53,609 bases of DNA from Pseudomonadota bacterium (GTDB lineage: Bacteria; Pseudomonadota; Gammaproteobacteria; Ga0077536), in contig JBCCEV010000001.1 in assembly GCA_039030125.1 (NCBI GenBank), positions 1-53,609 of the forward strand, written 5' to 3'. Made by a program: the position numbers and the translations under genes. Below are positions 9,155-17,985 of this stretch, in pieces. The notes below the pieces were generated by a model that was given only the letters and a program-made list of their open reading frames with translations, made no database searches and was not told where the DNA came from. Each line of letters begins with the position of its first letter. The first letter of the stretch is position 1.

Positions 9155-10109
9155 ACACAAATTGGTTGGAAGCACTCAGAATTCCTGAAGCTTCCGTGAC
9201 CATGCGTTCGATAATGGCCTGAGCACTTTCGATTGAGTTGATTAAATCGATAGCCTCGCCCGCGATTACCGGCCGGATAGTGAAATCATCGACCGGCGAA
9301 TCATTGAAACGCCGCTGTTCTTCCTCGCCGTGTTCTCGCAAGCTCCCGATATCGTCTTGCCACCGGCGCGAGAACGCGTTCTGGATACAACGGCCGGTGT
9401 AAGGTTCTGGCCATGGGATATTTCGCGCGATATCAAAGATTGAAGATCGGATCGTCTCATCGCCTCCGTTTCCAATAATCTGGGCCTTTGCGGTTTCGAG
9501 GCCGTTCGCTTCGTGTGCGGCCCAAAAGCGGGTTCCCATCATGACGCCATCCGCACCCAACATCAGTGCTGCGGCCAACCCCCGTCCGTCGGCGATCCCG
9601 CCTGCTCCCAAGATGATTTGCTCGGGCCCGAGCTGGTCGCGGATTGCGGGAAGCAGAGACATGAGCCCGCGATCCTGACCATGGCCACCCGCTTCCTGTC
9701 CTTGAGCAACAATCACGTCGGTACCGGCGGCGGCAGCCAGTTCCGCATCGGCCAGGGTTTGCACTTGCCATAACGTGGCAACTTTTGCGTCTTTACATCG
9801 CTGAATAAATTCGGTGGCATCTCCGAATCCGAACGCCATAATTTTGGGTTTCTGCGAGAGGCACCATTCGATCAGCTCGGGCTTGTCGAGAACCGACCAT
9901 ATGATAAGGCCAATACCGACTGGCGCATCGCCGGCGATCGAAAGCTGTTCGACAATTGAGCGTTGGTCACCGTAACCGCCACCGATGATCCCGAGCCCGC
10001 CTGCGTCAGCAACGCTCGCCGCTAAGGCGCCGCCAGCAACCTTGTCCATTGGTGCCAGCGCGATGGGGTGAGTGAGCGCGAAGCGCTCGGTAAAACGGGT
10101 GGTAAGCAT
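9147..10109 (-). CDS. Nitronate monooxygenase / NMO-family flavin oxidoreductase
   Basis: 320 aa. TIM-barrel NMO pattern (PIALAPMDKVAGGALAASVADAGGLGIIG ... AQGQEAGGH ... GGIADGRG). Confidence 0.8.
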   Translation of the reverse strand: MLTTRFTERFALTHPIALAPMDKVAGGALAASVADAGGLGIIGGGYGDQRSIVEQLSIAGDAPVGIGLIIWSVLDKPELIEWCLSQKPKIMAFGFGDATEFIQRCKDAKVATLWQVQTLADAELAAAAGTDVIVAQGQEAGGHGQDRGLMSLLPAIRDQLGPEQIILGAGGIADGRGLAAALMLGADGVMMGTRFWAAHEANGLETAKAQIIGNGGDETIRSSIFDIARNIPWPEPYTGRCIQNAFSRRWQDDIGSLREHGEEEQRRFNDSPVDDFTIRPVIAGEAIDLINSIESAQAIIERMVTEASGILSASNQFVSS

Positions 10110-10886
10110 TCAGTCGTTACTGACGGCGCGAATCAAAACGCGATCGGTGTAGTAGCGCAGACCATCGGCGAACACGGATCGGGTGTGGTCATCGTCGGGA
10201 TTGGCCAGCAGATCGGAGACGGCCGCGACGGTAAAACCAGCCTGCTCGAGCATGTCCAGCACGATCGGTGTCTGCAAACGGTGCAGCTCGGCATTGTCCT
10301 GGCCATCGATGCCGACCTGTTCCGTGACAATGAGGATCCCCTGCGGTTTGAGGGCACGTCTGACGTGCTTGAGGAAATCCTGCACGGCCGCCGCGCCATC
10401 CCGGTGGTAGAGGTCGTGCATATTGAGGCCCCAGAATGCCAGATCGATATGGTCCTCAAAGGGCATGTCCTCGGCATCGACGATCAGGTAGCGGACGTTG
10501 GGGAGGCGCTCGCCGGTCAGGCGAGCGAGCATGGCATCATGCATCTCGCCGCCTATCAGCTTGGGGATGAGGTGCGAATTTTGCGCGTAGACCAAGCCTT
10601 GCGGGCCCACCGCCGCAGCCAGGATCTCGGTGTTGTAGCCACCCCCGGCGATCAAGTCGAGCACGGTCATACCGGCCTTGACGCCCGCGAATGCCATGGT
10701 GGCTGACGGCTTGCGGCCCGGATCCTTGATGGCGTCGTACTGGTCGCGACCAGCGGCCTTAAGCTGAGCCGCGATACGCTCGGCCTGTGTGGTTGATTCG
10801 GCGGCCCACAGAGGCGAGGAGGCAGGCGCATTCAGTGTCAGCACTAAAATAAGCGGTAAAATCAACGAAATCAATGAATTCCACAT
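10110..10886 (-). CDS. Class I SAM-dependent methyltransferase-fold protein with an N-terminal signal peptide
   Basis: Start set at Met28 of the ORF (MWNSLISLILPLILVLTLNAPASSPLWA). Motif I is VLDLIAGGGYNT. Its stop abuts the NMO start (TGAATG). Confidence 0.7.
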   Translation of the reverse strand: MWNSLISLILPLILVLTLNAPASSPLWAAESTTQAERIAAQLKAAGRDQYDAIKDPGRKPSATMAFAGVKAGMTVLDLIAGGGYNTEILAAAVGPQGLVYAQNSHLIPKLIGGEMHDAMLARLTGERLPNVRYLIVDAEDMPFEDHIDLAFWGLNMHDLYHRDGAAAVQDFLKHVRRALKPQGILIVTEQVGIDGQDNAELHRLQTPIVLDMLEQAGFTVAAVSDLLANPDDDHTRSVFADGLRYYTDRVLIRAVSND

Positions 10887-11002
10887 GGCGGTTTCTCTGG
10901 TGGCCCAGGCGGTGTCACTCGGCATTCGGTAACCGATCACATTAATGGATGGGGCAATGTGTAACAATCCTCCGCAGTTGATGGGATGGAAAGTACGCTT
11001 CG

Positions 11003-11596
11003 ATGATCTCGCTCCGAGCCAATCGCTTACTCATGGGTATTCCAATCGCCCTCGCCCTCGCCGTCGTCTCGAGTGCGTCTTCGGCCGCCACCGTTACGCT
11101 CAGGCAATCGTGGCAGCAATCAGGAGTGCCACTGAGCACCGCGACAACCTTCACGCAGTGGGATGATTCGTCACTCACCGGTGTTGGCACCGAATTCGTC
11201 ATTGCGCTGGATACATTTTCCATGGCGCATTTCATTGACGGCATTGGCCAGAGTTCGAATCGCCCGCTGCTACCCTTTGAGCTCCCTATCGACAACGGTG
11301 ATCTGGCAGCGGTCTACCAGGACGGCGTTTTTTCCTGGCTTGCCACCCTCGGCACGGGCAATGCCAGGTTTTCTATCGTCAATGCCAGCGTTGGCAGCCC
11401 GAGCGGCGCGCTGCGTTTTGCCCTCGGGCCAATTAGTCCGGAAATGATCTGGAGTCTGCCAGTTAGTGGTGTGTGGAATTTCAATCTTGTGTCGAGTTCG
11501 CTCGAGTCCACCGCAGTACCACTGCCAGCGGCCGGTTGGCTGTGTCTTGGTGGTTTGGGTCTGTTGGTCGGCAAAGGACGCCGACGGCGCGGCTGA
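11003..11596 (+). CDS. Secreted protein with a VPLPA-CTERM (PEP-CTERM-like) sorting signal
   Basis: The signal peptide ends ...ALAVVSSASSA. The C-terminus is tripartite: VPLPAAGWL motif, hydrophobic CLGGLGLLV, then basic GKGRRRRG. Confidence 0.7.
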   Translation: MISLRANRLLMGIPIALALAVVSSASSAATVTLRQSWQQSGVPLSTATTFTQWDDSSLTGVGTEFVIALDTFSMAHFIDGIGQSSNRPLLPFELPIDNGDLAAVYQDGVFSWLATLGTGNARFSIVNASVGSPSGALRFALGPISPEMIWSLPVSGVWNFNLVSSSLESTAVPLPAAGWLCLGGLGLLVGKGRRRRG

Positions 11597-11598
11597 AC

Positions 11599-12666
11599 TT
11601 ACTTCGAGGGTCTCCTCCAGATCCCGCGTTCGATCATCATTTCAATCTGTTTCTCGATCACCTCGCGTTGATATTCTGCGTGATCCATCGGAGCGCGATC
11701 AGCATAAAGATTTTTCGGATAAATCGGCTGCTCGTAAATCAGCTGGATCATCTCCGTTCGTAGATCCTTCATCCAGTTCGTCCACTTCGATGTGGTGCGA
11801 TGATGTCGCAATGCTTCGATATTGATTGGCCCACAAACGCTGGTTGATACGCCGCCATACTCTTGTTTGCCGACGAGCTGACCCCGGTAATCAACGATAT
11901 AAGAGTGGCCACCAAAGGTATCGATGGGCGCTTCGGAATCTTGGGTCAAGTAATAGGTGCCGAGGTTCGGCGCAATCACGTACATGTTGTTGTCGAGCGC
12001 CCGGGCGCGCGTTTGGATCTCGTAGTAATCATTGGAAGCAGCAGGGTGCGGAATAGACGCCCGATAAACGATTTCGGCGCCATTCATGGCAAGACCTCGC
12101 GCGTGTTCCGGATAAGACCCTTCATTCGCCATCATGATCCCAATGCGCCCAATTTCAGTATCCACTACGGGCCAGAAGGCATTGAGGTTGCGGCCGTATT
12201 TTTCGATCCACCAGTCGAACACATCATGTGGGCACACGGAATGCTCGACCGGATAAAGCGGCGCCACCTTGTAGTGCTTCAGGATCACGTCGCCCTGCGG
12301 ATCGATCACGAATCCAACGTTGAAGAAGCGATCTTTGAAGTCTTCGTGCCGTGCCTTCGCTTGCGCGATGATAAATACGTCATATTCCCTGGCGATTGCG
12401 CCGAGCGCGTCGGTTTCCGGTCCCGGAATATCGATTGCGCATTCTTTGGCAAAGGTTGCGTGATCAAGATCGAGGACCTCGTCGTTGAACGCCTGCAGCG
12501 CGCCTTCGGGAAACGCAATCAGCTTCACCGGTAAATCCAATCCGGACAGCCAGCACGCCGCTTTCACCATGTGCGACTGGTGCTCGATGTTGCGCATGAT
12601 GTCCGCACGCTCCGAGATCCCCCAGACCGTGGGGATCAAACCAACCGCATTAAACGGCTCAATCAT
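11599..12666 (-). CDS. Carbon-nitrogen hydrolase (nitrilase/aliphatic-amidase) superfamily protein, apparently lacking the nucleophile Cys
   Basis: 355 aa. AFPEG (catalytic Glu), KHYKV (Lys) and PVEH (second Glu) are present. The position aligned to the amidase ICDDGNYPE reads MANEGSYPE. AGGAG RBS upstream. Confidence 0.8.
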   Translation of the reverse strand: MIEPFNAVGLIPTVWGISERADIMRNIEHQSHMVKAACWLSGLDLPVKLIAFPEGALQAFNDEVLDLDHATFAKECAIDIPGPETDALGAIAREYDVFIIAQAKARHEDFKDRFFNVGFVIDPQGDVILKHYKVAPLYPVEHSVCPHDVFDWWIEKYGRNLNAFWPVVDTEIGRIGIMMANEGSYPEHARGLAMNGAEIVYRASIPHPAASNDYYEIQTRARALDNNMYVIAPNLGTYYLTQDSEAPIDTFGGHSYIVDYRGQLVGKQEYGGVSTSVCGPINIEALRHHRTTSKWTNWMKDLRTEMIQLIYEQPIYPKNLYADRAPMDHAEYQREVIEKQIEMMIERGIWRRPSK

Positions 12667-12675
12667 GGGTGGCTC

Positions 12676-13194
12676 CTAGTATTCAATTTTGTCGTCCACG
12701 GCATGACCGCGCTTGGGGATCAACATTGAACGATCAAACTCGCAGACCACCGTGCCGTCGTGTTTTTTACCCCAGGTGCGCACCGTAACGATCCCCGCGG
12801 TGGGCCGCGATTTCGATTCTCGTTTACCAAGCACTTCGGACTCCGCATACAGCGTGTCTCCGACGAACAACGGCGCGGGAAGCTTGATTTCCTTCCAACC
12901 CAGATTGGCAATGGTTTTTTGACTCACGTCGCTGACGCTCATGCCAGCCACCATCGAAACGGTAAGCGCGCTATTGACTAAACATTGACCGAACTCGGAC
13001 GCCTCGCCGTAGACACGATCAAAATGGAGTGGATGCGTGTTCATGGTAAGCAGGGTGAACCACTGATTATCGGTTTCGGTAATCGTCTTACCAGGCCGGT
13101 GTTGATAGGTATGCCCGACTTCAAAATCTTCGTAGTAACGCCCGTAAGATTCGCGGAATACGTTCTCTGAAATCTGTTTCATTTCTTTGGCCAC
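12676..13194 (-). CDS. MaoC-like (R)-hydratase / hot-dog fold dehydratase
   Basis: 172 aa. MaoC dehydratase pattern (ETDNQWFTLLTMNTHPLHFD). GTG start with a GGGGAGG RBS. Its stop lies 9 nt from the next gene. Confidence 0.8.
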   Translation of the reverse strand: MAKEMKQISENVFRESYGRYYEDFEVGHTYQHRPGKTITETDNQWFTLLTMNTHPLHFDRVYGEASEFGQCLVNSALTVSMVAGMSVSDVSQKTIANLGWKEIKLPAPLFVGDTLYAESEVLGKRESKSRPTAGIVTVRTWGKKHDGTVVCEFDRSMLIPKRGHAVDDKIEY

Positions 13195-13266
13195 GATGGC
13201 GCCTCCCCTTCGTTGAGCTTGGTATGCCTAAGTCGTTAGTGGAAATTATCCTCGAATCGATGGCAG

Positions 13267-13293
13267 AAAAAAAAAGGGGCCCGTTTCGGCCCC
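13267..13293 (-). terminator. Rho-independent terminator downstream of clpA
   Basis: Minus strand reads GGGGCC-gaaacg-GGCCCC followed by a run of 9 T. It lies 33 nt after the clpA stop. Confidence 0.8.
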
Positions 13294-13325
13294 TTTACCG
13301 CACCACTCGAGGGCTCTAGAAACCG

Positions 13326-15587
13326 CTAGGTGGTCTCGGTCGTTTCGGTTTCGATATCGATCGCGATTTCCTCATCGCGCACCGTGACCTTCACATGGCC
13401 GCCAGAATTGAGCGTGCCAAATAAGATCTCGTCGGCAAGTGCTTTCTTGATCTTCTCCTGGATCAAGCGCGACATCGGACGCGCGCCCATCAGCGGATCG
13501 TAGCCGTGCTCGGCAAGCCACATGCGCGCGTCTTGATCGATTTCGATGGTGACCTTCTTATCATCCAATTGCGTTTCGAGTTCGATTAAGAACTTATCAA
13601 CGACATGGCCAATCGTTTTCGCGTCCAAAGCTTGGAACTGGATGATGCTGTCTAAGCGGTTGCGAAACTCAGGTGAGAACATCCGTTTGATCTCTTCAAT
13701 CGCGTCGCTCGAGTGATCTTGCATGGTGAACCCGATTGAGCTGCGGCTGATCCGCTCTGCGCCAGCATTGGTCGTCATGACAATGATCACGTTGCGAAAA
13801 TCGGTTTTGCGCCCGTTGGTGTCTGTGAGGGTACCGTGATCCATAACCTGCAGCAGGATGTTGAACACATCCGGGTGCGCCTTCTCCATCTCATCAAGCA
13901 GCAGCACTGCGTGCGGTTGTTTGGTGACCGCCTCGGTTAACAAGCCGCCGGTGTCGTAACCTACGTACCCAGGTGGCGCGCCGATCAAACGTGAGACCGT
14001 GTGGCGCTCCATGTATTCCGACATGTCGAAACGGATGAGCTCGATCCCCATCAGACGCGCAAGTTGGCGAGTCACTTCTGTTTTTCCAACCCCGGTTGGT
14101 CCGGCGAACAGGAATGACCCGATTGGTTTCTCGGTGTTGCCCAGCCCCGAGCGGGCCATCTTGATGGCGGCGGTGAGTTCGGTGATCGCTTCGTCCTGTC
14201 CGAATACCACCATCTTCAAGTCGCGGTCTAGGGTTTGCAGGGCATCGCGGTCGGAGGTCGACACGGTCTTTGGCGGGATCCGTGCGATCTTAGCGACGAT
14301 TTCTTCGATGTCGTTCACGCCAATGGTTTTGCGCCGCTTCGACGCCGGTACCAAACGTTGCCGCGCCCCGGCCTCGTCGATGATGTCGATCGCTTTATCG
14401 GGCAGATGTCGATCATTGATGTAGCGGGTTGTTAGCTCGACCGCCGAGCGCAGCGCGGGGTTGGTGTACTTCACTTCATGAAATTCTTCGAACCGTGATT
14501 TAAGACCTTTGAGGATCTCAACGGCTTCATCGAATGACGGTTCGCCGACATCGATTTTCTGGAAGCGTCGAGCCAGTGCCCGATCTTTTTCGAAGATCCC
14601 GCGATATTCTTGATAGGTCGTGGAGCCGATGCACTTCAATTCACCCGAGGCCAACATCGGCTTGATCAGGTTTGAAGCATCCATGACCCCGCCGGAGGCC
14701 GCGCCTGCACCAATGATCGTATGGATCTCATCAATGAATAGGACCGCGCCCGGCTCGCGTTTCAATTGTGCTAAGACATTCTTTAAACGTTTTTCGAAAT
14801 CCCCGCGGTACTTTGTACCGGCCAGCAGCGCCCCCATGTCGAGCGAATACACGACGGCATCCTCCAGTGCGTCTGGGATCTCACCATCAACGATTTTCTT
14901 CGCCAGGCCTTCGGCGATGGCGGTCTTACCGACACCCGCCTCGCCGACGAACAATGGATTGTTCTTGCGTCGGCGGCAGAGAATTTGCAGGGTGCGCTCG
15001 ATTTCGATGTCGCGGCCGATGAGCGGGTCCACTTTGCCTTGCTCGGCCTGCTCGTTGAGATTGGTGGTGTACGCAGCCAGCGGATTGTTGTTGCTGTCAG
15101 TCTGCTCTTGCTCTTCTTCGGTAGAGGCATTCGATTCCTCTTCGCCTTCCTCAGAGACTTTGGATATGCCGTGGGAAATGCAATTCACGACATCCAGGCG
15201 GGCGATGTTCTGCTGATTGAGAAGATAGACCGCGTGAGATTCGCGTTCGCCGAAAATTGCGACGAGGACGTTCGCGCCGGTGACTTCTTTCTTACCTGAA
15301 GATTGCACGTGGAAAACGGCACGCTGCAGCACCCGTTGGAACCCGAGGGTCGGTTGTGTGTCGCGATCTTCATCTTCGGGCAGCAGCGGTGAGCTCTCGC
15401 GGATGAACTCCTGGAGCTGCTGTCGCAGCCCCGAGAGGTCCGCGCCGCAAGCGCGCAGTACTTTTGCGGCGGTCGGATTGTCCAAAAGCGCGAGCAGAAG
15501 GTGCTCAACGGTCATGAATTCGTGGCGCTGTTCGCGAGCATCCTTGAATGCCATATTCAGCGTTACTTCGAGTTCTTTACTGAGCAC
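13326..15587 (-). CDS. clpA: ATP-dependent Clp protease ATP-binding subunit ClpA
   Basis: 753 aa. Clp N-domain (MLSKELEVTLNMAF...). Two AAA+ modules with Walker A motifs GEAGVGKT and GPTGVGKT. GTG start. Confidence 0.97.
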   Translation of the reverse strand: MLSKELEVTLNMAFKDAREQRHEFMTVEHLLLALLDNPTAAKVLRACGADLSGLRQQLQEFIRESSPLLPEDEDRDTQPTLGFQRVLQRAVFHVQSSGKKEVTGANVLVAIFGERESHAVYLLNQQNIARLDVVNCISHGISKVSEEGEEESNASTEEEQEQTDSNNNPLAAYTTNLNEQAEQGKVDPLIGRDIEIERTLQILCRRRKNNPLFVGEAGVGKTAIAEGLAKKIVDGEIPDALEDAVVYSLDMGALLAGTKYRGDFEKRLKNVLAQLKREPGAVLFIDEIHTIIGAGAASGGVMDASNLIKPMLASGELKCIGSTTYQEYRGIFEKDRALARRFQKIDVGEPSFDEAVEILKGLKSRFEEFHEVKYTNPALRSAVELTTRYINDRHLPDKAIDIIDEAGARQRLVPASKRRKTIGVNDIEEIVAKIARIPPKTVSTSDRDALQTLDRDLKMVVFGQDEAITELTAAIKMARSGLGNTEKPIGSFLFAGPTGVGKTEVTRQLARLMGIELIRFDMSEYMERHTVSRLIGAPPGYVGYDTGGLLTEAVTKQPHAVLLLDEMEKAHPDVFNILLQVMDHGTLTDTNGRKTDFRNVIIVMTTNAGAERISRSSIGFTMQDHSSDAIEEIKRMFSPEFRNRLDSIIQFQALDAKTIGHVVDKFLIELETQLDDKKVTIEIDQDARMWLAEHGYDPLMGARPMSRLIQEKIKKALADEILFGTLNSGGHVKVTVRDEEIAIDIETETTETT

Positions 15588-15602
15588 AATCTATACCTCG
15601 TC

Positions 15603-15923
15603 TTATTCCAGCTCCATTGTGCACAACAACGGGTGTTCGTGCTCGCGGGCGTAGGAATTCACTTGGGAAACTTTGGTTTCTGCGACTTCGTGGGTGAAGA
15701 TGCCACACACGCCTTTGCCGCGGGTATGGACCTCGAGCATGATGCGGGTGGCGGTGGGTCTGTTGAGCGAAAAAAACTGTTCCAGAACGTGGACCACGAA
15801 TTCCATCGGTGTGTAGTCATCGTTAAGCATAATGACCTTGTATAGCGAAGGCTTCTTTACCTTCGGTTTGGCCTCCTGGACAGCGACCCCGCCATCTTGA
15901 TGATGCTTCGTTTCGTCACTCAC
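15603..15923 (-). CDS. clpS: ATP-dependent Clp protease adaptor ClpS
   Basis: 106 aa. Contains [20 protein letters not shown], the ClpS core. Lies immediately upstream of clpA. Confidence 0.95.
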   Translation of the reverse strand: MSDETKHHQDGGVAVQEAKPKVKKPSLYKVIMLNDDYTPMEFVVHVLEQFFSLNRPTATRIMLEVHTRGKGVCGIFTHEVAETKVSQVNSYAREHEHPLLCTMELE

Positions 15924-15970
15924 AGGCAGTGACCTTTTTCCTCGCTCAAGGCGTTATCTAGCTGCCTTCG

Positions 15971-15998
15971 ATTATACGTGCGGATACCCATTCGTAAA
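15971..15998 (-). promoter_or_regulatory. Candidate sigma70 promoter for clpS-clpA
   Basis: Minus strand: -35 TTTACG (15998..15993), 16-nt spacer, perfect -10 TATAAT (15976..15971). About 45 nt upstream of the clpS GTG. Confidence 0.5.
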
Positions 15999-16097
15999 TG
16001 CGCTGTTAATGTTCGAAACGTTGTAGCAAATTCGTCTATTTCAATAGCGGTAAAAGGGCGTAAAACCGTTAAAAATCGATAACTTCACGAACCTCTA

Positions 16098-16125
16098 TTG
16101 ACATTTTTGCACTGCAGCGTACGAT
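16098..16125 (+). promoter_or_regulatory. Candidate sigma70 promoter for aceA
   Basis: Perfect -35 TTGACA (16098..16103), 16-nt spacer, -10 TACGAT (16120..16125). It implies a leader of about 215 nt before the aceA ATG. Confidence 0.45.
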
Positions 16126-16347
16126 GCTCGGTCCCCGTTCGTTTGCCGTCGACCAGCCGCTGCGATCGTGAGCCCTGGCAGGCGCTCGCTATACATACGA
16201 CTGGCGCGCACTTTTGGAGTTCGGTGAGGCTCTGAAAGTGACGGTGGCAAGAGCGGTTTGTCCAACGCAACACACAGACATCTTTGGGCGCGCGGTTCAA
16301 ACAAGTGAAACCGAAGCGTCCGAGCGCGAGTGAATCAGGAGTTTGTC

Positions 16348-17649
16348 ATGGCAGGCGCATTTCAAGAGAAAGTTAAATCGGTACAAGAAGACTGGGCGAG
16401 TAATTCCAGGTGGCAAGGTGTAACTCGCCCTTACACAGCCGAAGACGTGGTTCGACTCGCTGGTAGCGTGGACATCGAATACTCGCTAGCGCGACGTGGC
16501 GCCGAGAAACTCTGGAAGCTGGTCAACGAAGAAGATTTTGTTCCCTGTTTGGGCGCCCTCACCGGGGGTCAAGCGGTGCAACAAGTGAAGGCTGGCGTCA
16601 AAGCAATTTACCTTTCGGGTTGGCAAGTCGCCGCGGACGCTAACACCTCCGAGACGATGTATCCCGACCAGTCGCTCTATGCGGTTAATTCGGTGCCGAC
16701 GATTGTTCGTCGCATCAACAATTCCTTTCAACGGGCCGATCAAATTCAATGGCAAAAGAGCAATGGCGACATTGATTACTTTGCGCCCATCGTTGCCGAT
16801 GCCGAAGCTGGTTTTGGCGGTGTACTGAATGCCTATGAATTGATGCGCGGCATGATCGAAGCAGGCGCTTCCGGTGTGCATTTCGAAGACCAACTTGCGT
16901 CAGTTAAAAAATGTGGACACATGGGCGGCAAAGTTTTGGTGCCGACCCAAGAAGCTATTCAAAAACTTGTGGCGGCGCGTCTGGCTGCTGACGTGATGAA
17001 TGTCCCGACCGTGCTGCTGGCCCGAACCGACGCGAATGCAGCCGCCCTGCTCACCAGCGATGTCGATGAGCGCGATAAGAAATTTGTTACTGGAACCCGT
17101 ACTGCGGAAGGTTTCTTCGAAACCCGTGCGGGGATCGACCAAGCGATTGACCGTGGTTTGTCATACGCGCCTTACGCGGATCTGTTGTGGTGTGAAACAG
17201 CGGTGCCCGACCTCGCGGAAGCGAGAAAATTCGCCGAAGCGATCAAAGGCCAGTTCCCGGATCAGCTGCTCGCCTACAACTGCTCGCCGTCGTTCAACTG
17301 GAAGAAGAATCTCGACGACGCGACCATCGCGAAATTCCAACGTGAACTTGGCGCGATGGGTTACAAGTACCAATTCATTACCTTAGCCGGCATTCACAAC
17401 ATGTGGTACAACATGTTCGACCTCGCCGAGCACTACGTCGAAAACGGCATGACTGCATACGTTGAGATGGTGCAGGAGCAGGAGTTCGCGGCCGCTTCGC
17501 GCGGGTACACCTTCGCGAGTCATCAACAAGAAGTAGGTGCTGGCTACTTTGACGATGTGACCACCGTGATTCAGGGCGGACAGTCGTCAGTCACCGCACT
17601 TACTGGATCGACCGAAGAAGAGCAGTTCGACTCCGCCGCTAGCGCTTAG
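16348..17649 (+). CDS. aceA: Isocitrate lyase
   Basis: 434 aa from the ATG preceded by CAGGAG. Contains the isocitrate lyase signature [12 protein letters not shown] family throughout. Confidence 0.95.
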   Translation: MAGAFQEKVKSVQEDWASNSRWQGVTRPYTAEDVVRLAGSVDIEYSLARRGAEKLWKLVNEEDFVPCLGALTGGQAVQQVKAGVKAIYLSGWQVAADANTSETMYPDQSLYAVNSVPTIVRRINNSFQRADQIQWQKSNGDIDYFAPIVADAEAGFGGVLNAYELMRGMIEAGASGVHFEDQLASVKKCGHMGGKVLVPTQEAIQKLVAARLAADVMNVPTVLLARTDANAAALLTSDVDERDKKFVTGTRTAEGFFETRAGIDQAIDRGLSYAPYADLLWCETAVPDLAEARKFAEAIKGQFPDQLLAYNCSPSFNWKKNLDDATIAKFQRELGAMGYKYQFITLAGIHNMWYNMFDLAEHYVENGMTAYVEMVQEQEFAAASRGYTFASHQQEVGAGYFDDVTTVIQGGQSSVTALTGSTEEEQFDSAASA

Positions 17650-17660
17650 CGCTCAGCGGC

Positions 17661-17692
17661 TGCGCGGCGTAAATCCGGCGTCGCGCGGTTTT
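17661..17692 (+). terminator. Candidate intrinsic terminator after aceA
   Basis: A stem of about 9 bp (17661-17669 / 17679-17687, including G-U pairs) with a 9-nt loop, then G + TTTT. It begins 12 nt after the aceA stop. Confidence 0.45.
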
Positions 17693-17985
17693 CTCCGACT
17701 CCTCTACTCCAGCAGAGTCTGGGTCAACGCGTTCCCAACGGTTGGCCGTGGCACCTGCTCGTTCGTTTGGGGCCCCTGCTTGCTCTAATGAGCGCCCAAA
17801 ATTTTGGTTCTCAAGGTTATCGTTGCCCGCGCGCACGACCTGCCTTCGCGGGACGGGTAGCCCAGCTTTTTTAGGTTTTGGCCAAGGTCCGGCCGCGACC
17901 GCCAAGTTTTCGCATGAGCTTTCGCTACCTGTCGGCGTGGCCCAGCTTCGCTCGCGGCTCATCTTCTGCGCGCCTGGGTGAGTCA

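Noticed and set aside
10068-15216. Long antisense ORFs: 10068..10706, 11863..12534 and 14620..15216.
   Set aside because: Each is antisense to a gene with clear family motifs (methyltransferase, nitrilase-like, clpA). None has recognisable domains or an RBS.
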